Positions 59,456-64,000 of a stretch of DNA of 64,000 nt are shown here, in pieces. The first letter of the stretch is position 1. Each line of letters begins with the position of its first letter. The translations under genes were made by a program, and so were the position numbers. Origin of the DNA: a bacterium (GTDB taxonomy: Bacteria; Patescibacteriota; Minisyncoccia; Phycocordibacterales; GWA1-40-21); contig JBAXQJ010000002.1 in assembly GCA_037131755.1 (NCBI GenBank), forward strand, positions 8,851 through 72,850. Reading direction: 5' to 3'. The notes beneath the pieces were generated by a model, which was not told the origin of the DNA, did no database searches, and worked only from the letters and a program-made list of their open reading frames with translations.

Positions 59456-59611
59456 TTATTCCTCCTTTTGGGCGGGCTGTTTTTCAGCCGTCAGTTCGGG
59501 GTGACGCTTGTAGAAATCACCCAATAATTCCCTCGAACCACTGATCAAAGAAAAGTTTCTTTTGATCAACGGGTCGTCCTTGAGAGCTTTGGGAATGGTT
59601 TGTTTTTCCAT
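59456..59611 (-). CDS. Hypothetical small protein (51 aa, MEKQTIPKALKDDPLIKRNF...), first gene of the operon
   Basis: ggaggtcagATG. It stops 5 nt before the next gene. Not in the ORF track because it is under 60 aa. Confidence 0.35.
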   Translation of the reverse strand: MEKQTIPKALKDDPLIKRNFSLISGSRELLGDFYKRHPELTAEKQPAQKEE

Positions 59612-59626
59612 CTGACCTCCTAGTTG

Positions 59627-59639
59627 TTGAACGGTTCAA
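59627..59639. promoter_or_regulatory. Perfect palindrome ttgaacGgttcaa (candidate operator) between the putative promoter and the small-protein operon
   Basis: A 6+1+6 inverted repeat located 15 nt upstream of the 51-aa ORF start. Confidence 0.3.
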
Positions 59640-59763
59640 TTCCTTCATTAAAGTAACATTTTTTGAGGAAAACTCAAGTATTTTCACCTTTCTTTTTGAG
59701 GGTAATTTTGGTATAATTACCGGGCAAATATTAGTTACATTTTTTAATTTTTATACAAAATAA

Positions 59764-61818
59764 ATGGCCAAAGATAAAGAGGAAAAGAAGGATAAGCACT
59801 ATGGCGCCGAACAGATTACCGTCTTGGAGGGCCTGGAGCCGGTCAGACGACGTCCGGGCATGTATATCGGTACTACCGGTCCCGACGGTCTGCACCACTT
59901 AATTACCGAGATTTTCGACAACTCGCGCGATGAAGCGATGAACGGCTATGCCAACGACATTGAAGTCGCTCTTTTACCAAACAATCGGGTTCGGGTCACT
60001 GATAACGGCCGAGGTATGCCTGTTGATATTCACAAGCAGACTAAAGTTTCGGCTATGGAAACTATCATGACAGTCCTTCATGCTGGTGGAAAGTTTGGTG
60101 GCGACGGTTATAGTGTGTCCGGTGGTTTGCATGGTGTGGGCGCCTCGGTGGTGAATGCTCTTTCGATTTATGTGAAGGTAACAGTCCATAAAGACGGAGG
60201 TGTTTATATGCAGGAATATTCTCAAGGCAAGAGAAAGGCACCGGTAAAAAAAATCGGTTCAACAAAATTCCATGGCACAGTTGTAACCTTTGAACCAGAT
60301 GCGGAGATATTCAAGGAGGGTGTCGTTTTTGATTACAATCGAGTGGTGTCGCATATGCGACAGCAGGCTTACCTGGTGAAAGGTCTGAAGATTGCCGTCA
60401 TCGATGCTAGAAATGTGACCGAAAAATTTGATGAGTCAGAGGCTTTTTATTTCCGTGAACTCGGTGTGGAGGCGCCTTCGATGACTTTCTATTTTGAGGG
60501 CGGTTTGTATTCGTTGATAAAATTTTATAACCAATTTCAGAAACCGGTTCATAAGAATGTCTTCTATGTTGAAAAGGGAACGGAGACGGTCAAATCTGTC
60601 GAAGTCGCCTTGCAGTATGTAGACGACGTATCAGCCCGGGTGGTGGCTTTTGCCAATAACATCAATACTCCAGAGGGCGGTACGCATGTGACCGGCTTCA
60701 AGACTGCTCTGACTCGAACCCTCAATTCTTACGGTAAGAAAAATAATATAATCAAAGATGGTGAAGACACTTTTACCGGTGATGATGTGTTGGAGGGTCT
60801 GACGGCGGTGGTGTCGGTCAAGTTGCGCGAGATCCAGTTTGAAGGACAAACCAAAGCCAAACTCGGCTCGGTAGAGGCCCGTGGAGCGGTTGAAGACGTC
60901 TTTGGGACAGCGTTTGAGATGTTTTTGGAAGAGAATCCGGATGATGCCCGAGCAATGATCGGCAAGGCCGTTTTGGCGATGAAGGCTCGAAAAGCCGCCA
61001 AAGCCGCCAAAGACTCCATTTTACGTAAGGGTGCTTTGGAAGGCATGACCTTGCCGGGAAAGCTGGCTGACTGTCAGACTGACGATGCCTCAGAATCAGA
61101 ACTCTTTATCGTTGAGGGAGATTCGGCCGGCGGTACGGCCAAGACCGGTCGCGATCGACGCACTCAGGCGATCTTGCCTTTGCGCGGAAAGATTTTGAAC
61201 ATCGAACGAGCGCGCCTCGATCGAATGCTCGGTTCCGAACAGATTAAAAACCTGGTGCTGGCTTTGGGAACGGCAATCGGCGATACGTTTAATTTGGAAA
61301 AATTGCGTTACCATAAGGTGATCATCGCCACCGATGCCGACGTGGACGGAGCACATATTCGAACTTTGCTTCTGACTTTATTCTATCGATATTTCAGACC
61401 GTTGGTTGATGGCGGATATATTTATATTGCTCAGCCACCGCTATACAAGATAAAGAAAGGAAAAGAAGTCCACTACATTTATTCTGAGGAAGAAAAAACA
61501 AAGAAGTTTGGTTCGGAGACCCCGATCGATGTTGAGGTGATTGAAGGCGGGGAAGTCATCGAAGAGACTGATGAAGAAGAACAAAAAGAGGGTAAAAACC
61601 AGAAACTTCACGTTCAGCGTTACAAAGGTCTTGGAGAAATGAACGCCGAAGAATTGTGGGAGACAACGATGGATCCAGTGCAAAGAATTTTGAAAAAGGT
61701 TAATGTCGCCGATGCTCAGGAGGCGGACAAGGTTTTTGATATGCTTATGGGTACCGATGTCCCAGCGAGAAAGTCTTTCATCCAGTCGAATGCCAAGATG
61801 GCGAATCTTGATATATAG
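59764..61818 (+). CDS. gyrB: DNA gyrase subunit B
   Basis: GHKL ATPase, TOPRIM (EGDSAGG) and the C-terminal tail. A tataat -10 lies at 59716. Confidence 0.9.
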   Translation: MAKDKEEKKDKHYGAEQITVLEGLEPVRRRPGMYIGTTGPDGLHHLITEIFDNSRDEAMNGYANDIEVALLPNNRVRVTDNGRGMPVDIHKQTKVSAMETIMTVLHAGGKFGGDGYSVSGGLHGVGASVVNALSIYVKVTVHKDGGVYMQEYSQGKRKAPVKKIGSTKFHGTVVTFEPDAEIFKEGVVFDYNRVVSHMRQQAYLVKGLKIAVIDARNVTEKFDESEAFYFRELGVEAPSMTFYFEGGLYSLIKFYNQFQKPVHKNVFYVEKGTETVKSVEVALQYVDDVSARVVAFANNINTPEGGTHVTGFKTALTRTLNSYGKKNNIIKDGEDTFTGDDVLEGLTAVVSVKLREIQFEGQTKAKLGSVEARGAVEDVFGTAFEMFLEENPDDARAMIGKAVLAMKARKAAKAAKDSILRKGALEGMTLPGKLADCQTDDASESELFIVEGDSAGGTAKTGRDRRTQAILPLRGKILNIERARLDRMLGSEQIKNLVLALGTAIGDTFNLEKLRYHKVIIATDADVDGAHIRTLLLTLFYRYFRPLVDGGYIYIAQPPLYKIKKGKEVHYIYSEEEKTKKFGSETPIDVEVIEGGEVIEETDEEEQKEGKNQKLHVQRYKGLGEMNAEELWETTMDPVQRILKKVNVADAQEADKVFDMLMGTDVPARKSFIQSNAKMANLDI

Positions 61819-61955
61819 GTCGCTCGACTTCACGTTTTGGGAGCACGGATATTTTCTTGCCTGCCTCGCCGACTCATCAAGGCGGGCTAGAAAATTCCTC
61901 GAGTTCGCGCCGTCGTGCTCACTAGTCTCCCAAAACGTGAAGTCTCGCTCCTACC
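61818..61955. repeat. Family-1 nested-hairpin repeat, copy C
   Basis: Outer stem gacttcacgttttgggag / ctcccaaaacgtgaagtc. Its core is about 93% identical to copy B, plus a 29-nt sub-hairpin insert gcctgcctcgccgactcatcaaggcgggc. Confidence 0.6.
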
Positions 61956-61963
61956 TTAAAACC

Positions 61964-62013
61964 CTTTAATTTTCTAAGCTGGCTTCGCTAACACGTAAAA
62001 CGAATGGGCTCGC
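61964..62013. repeat. Family-2 repeat, copy 2
   Basis: ctttaattttctaagctggcttcgctaacacgtaaaacgaatgggctcgc. Confidence 0.55.
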
Positions 62014-62227
62014 CCCCGCACCTATTTTACAGAATGATCAATTATCTACATAGCAAACACTTGAGTTTCAAACATTTATATATCATCAAGTATTATTAGT
62101 GAAATAGGTGATGGGGCTCGCTTCTTTTCCTCAAAAACTTCTGCTTGTTTATCTTGTTTTTAGGGTGTAGAATTAAGACAAATATTAAAGGTCGGTTTTA
62201 GCCCTTTGTTTAAACCTATTCAATACC

Positions 62228-62461
62228 ATGAAAAGATCACATCCATTTTGGCTTGTGGTGGAGGGGATGATTTGGTTTGGCACCATCTATTTGTTTTTCT
62301 ATTTTATCCAAAACCCCGTCAACTATTTTTGGGCCGCTTTGACGATTACTTTGTGTTTGTTTGCGATCACTCTCACTTCGCCGGTCATGCGCAATATGCG
62401 TCAGATAAACAAGATCCTGGATAGGATCTTGGAAGAGGAGGCGAAAAAGTATGATATATGA
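62228..62461 (+). CDS. Hypothetical small membrane protein (77 aa)
   Basis: Two TM helices. A terminator lies downstream. Confidence 0.4.
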   Translation: MKRSHPFWLVVEGMIWFGTIYLFFYFIQNPVNYFWAALTITLCLFAITLTSPVMRNMRQINKILDRILEEEAKKYDI

Positions 62462-62490
62462 ACAGCTTGTAGGTCGTAGCTTTTTAGGAA

Positions 62491-62530
62491 AAATCAAAGG
62501 TGGGTTCGCGTAGCGAACCCACCTTTGATT
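62491..62530. terminator. Bidirectional terminator, embedded in a larger imperfect palindrome
   Basis: aaaggtgggttcgc gta gcgaacccaccttt. It is flanked by agcttgtag / ctacaagct about 40 nt away on each side. Confidence 0.7.
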
Positions 62531-62572
62531 TTTATTTGCCAAGAAGCTACAAGCTAATCAGCTATCTCTCTA

Positions 62573-63700
62573 TTATTTCACGAAAGACAAGCCCATCTTC
62601 TGATTCTTTGCCTCGAAGAGGAGAATCTTGAAAGTATAGCTCTTGCCCAATTCGATTTTTTCTTTCATCTTGGCCTCAGTGCCGAATTCAGAAATATGAA
62701 CCAAGCCGGAAATGCCTTCCTCGATCGAAGCGAGCGCACCGTGCTTGTTGAATTTGATCACCACGCCGGTTACCTCGTCGCCTTTCTTGTATTTCTTTTC
62801 TGCTTCGGTCCATGGATTTTCTTTGAGCAATTTGATCGAGAGGGAAATCTTTCCATCTTTGACCTCAATCACCTTGACCTTCACCTCATCGCCCACCTTG
62901 AACAAAGTCTTAGGATTTTCCACCAAAGTCCAATCGATTTCGGAAATGTGAACCAAACCTTCCAAACCTTCTTCAACCTTCACAAAGATACCAAAGTCTA
63001 CGATACCGGTGACTTTACCGTCCAAAACGTCGCCGACTTTGTACTTATCCACCACCTTTGACTTGCCTTTCTTCTCGATATTCTTTTCAGAGAAGATCAG
63101 TTTGCCTTCCTTAGGCAGAGCGGTGATCATGAGAACCGCGATTTTCTGGCCGACCAATTTCTTGAGTTCAACCAAAATCTTGTCTTTATCACCGTCTTCA
63201 ACGCGAGGATAGTGCTCGGTCTTCAACTGTGAAGCGGGGAGGAAACCCTTGATGCCTTGCCAGTTGATAATCAGACCACCTTTGTTTGCTTCTTCGACTG
63301 GTAATTCCAAAACTGTCTTGTTTTTGATTATTTCTTCCGCCTCGGTCCAGATCAAAGCTTGGCGAGCTTCCTTGAGAGAAAGTTCGATATAGCCTTCCTT
63401 GTTATCCATATCAACGATCTTGGCTGCCACGCTATCGCCGATGTTCAACTTCTTGATCACATCGCGAGTGTTGATGAATTCTTTTCCGTAGATGATACCG
63501 GTTCCAAATGGTGGCAAGTCGATATAGACCGCCGATTTTTCAATCCCGATCACTTTACCTTCGACAACATCGCCAACGTTTGCTGGGGTCGCGCTGTCAT
63601 TTAAAAACTTGGACATCAGACTGTCCTTCTTGGCCTTGGCGGCGAGTTCTTCCTCGGCAGTCAATTCCACTACTTTCTTTACTTTTGTCTCTTTACTCAT
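62573..63700 (-). CDS. rpsA: 30S ribosomal protein S1 (four S1 domains)
   Basis: Repeated S1 OB-fold motifs (GxV.G.V..i..fGaFV). The start was chosen at MSKETKV. The listed ORF extends to 63763. Confidence 0.8.
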   Translation of the reverse strand: MSKETKVKKVVELTAEEELAAKAKKDSLMSKFLNDSATPANVGDVVEGKVIGIEKSAVYIDLPPFGTGIIYGKEFINTRDVIKKLNIGDSVAAKIVDMDNKEGYIELSLKEARQALIWTEAEEIIKNKTVLELPVEEANKGGLIINWQGIKGFLPASQLKTEHYPRVEDGDKDKILVELKKLVGQKIAVLMITALPKEGKLIFSEKNIEKKGKSKVVDKYKVGDVLDGKVTGIVDFGIFVKVEEGLEGLVHISEIDWTLVENPKTLFKVGDEVKVKVIEVKDGKISLSIKLLKENPWTEAEKKYKKGDEVTGVVIKFNKHGALASIEEGISGLVHISEFGTEAKMKEKIELGKSYTFKILLFEAKNQKMGLSFVK

Positions 63701-64000
63701 AAAATAAAATATCCGCACGATGGCGGATTGATCCGGCGTTTTTACGCAACGGATTTTCGCCAAAAAGGTCCATTTGTCTTTAAAGCTTTACGCTCGGCCT
63801 TGAAAAAGGTCGGAGAAACGGTGTTATCTTTTTGAACGGCTTATGAAATATAAGCCAACTTATAACCCGCTCAGTATACAATATTTACCTTAAAATGCAA
63901 GCGTTTTGCGGTTGTTTTTGGGGTGAAAAAATGGTAAAATTAGCGAATTATGATCATCACATATCAAGGTTTAGAATTTTTTAAAGTGCAGTTTGGCGAT

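Overview
This window looks like a low-GC bacterial chromosome segment, with a few local GC-rich patches. By inference it fits a Candidate Phyla Radiation / Patescibacteria-type genome: the ribosomal protein cluster has no L30 gene, S5 carries an N-terminal extension, the 16S rRNA carries an insertion and is not followed by a 23S, there are many small membrane ORFs, and few genes have a Shine-Dalgarno sequence. The content is mostly core genes. These are a 16S rRNA gene with flanking processing stems, three tRNAs (Ile-GAT, Leu-CAG, Thr-TGT), and glycolysis / pentose-phosphate genes (pyk, eno, gpmI, fba, rpiB, rpe-like). Peptidoglycan genes murD, murC and murB are present, along with a VanX-like D-Ala-D-Ala dipeptidase. 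A ribosomal protein block runs rpsZ-rpsH-rplF-rplR-rpsE-rplO-secY. Other core genes are secA, obg, gatB, rplY, rpmE, prfA, rpsB, tsf, gyrB, rpsA and rsmI. The main accessory feature is a roughly 12-kb minus-strand glycan cluster (20.5-32.2 kb). It encodes 13 genes: GT2, GT4, GT10 and GT11 fucosyltransferases, exostosin-like and DUF1792-like transferases, three methyltransferases and a Wzx flippase. It is transcribed divergently from an O-antigen-ligase/TPR membrane protein. Other accessory genes are a cytosolic HerA/TraG-like P-loop ATPase with a long disordered tail, a GT2 synthase plus PEGA-domain protein pair, and a monomeric mitochondrial-type PheRS. Two MYG1-like hydrolases are present; one is divergent and GC-rich. 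The intergenic DNA is unusual. At least four families of GC-rich palindromic repeat elements recur across the window, often nested inside terminator hairpins. There is also a Lys-rich 22-codon micro-ORF and several duplicated tRNA fragments. No CRISPR array, transposase, integrase or recognisable defence system was seen.
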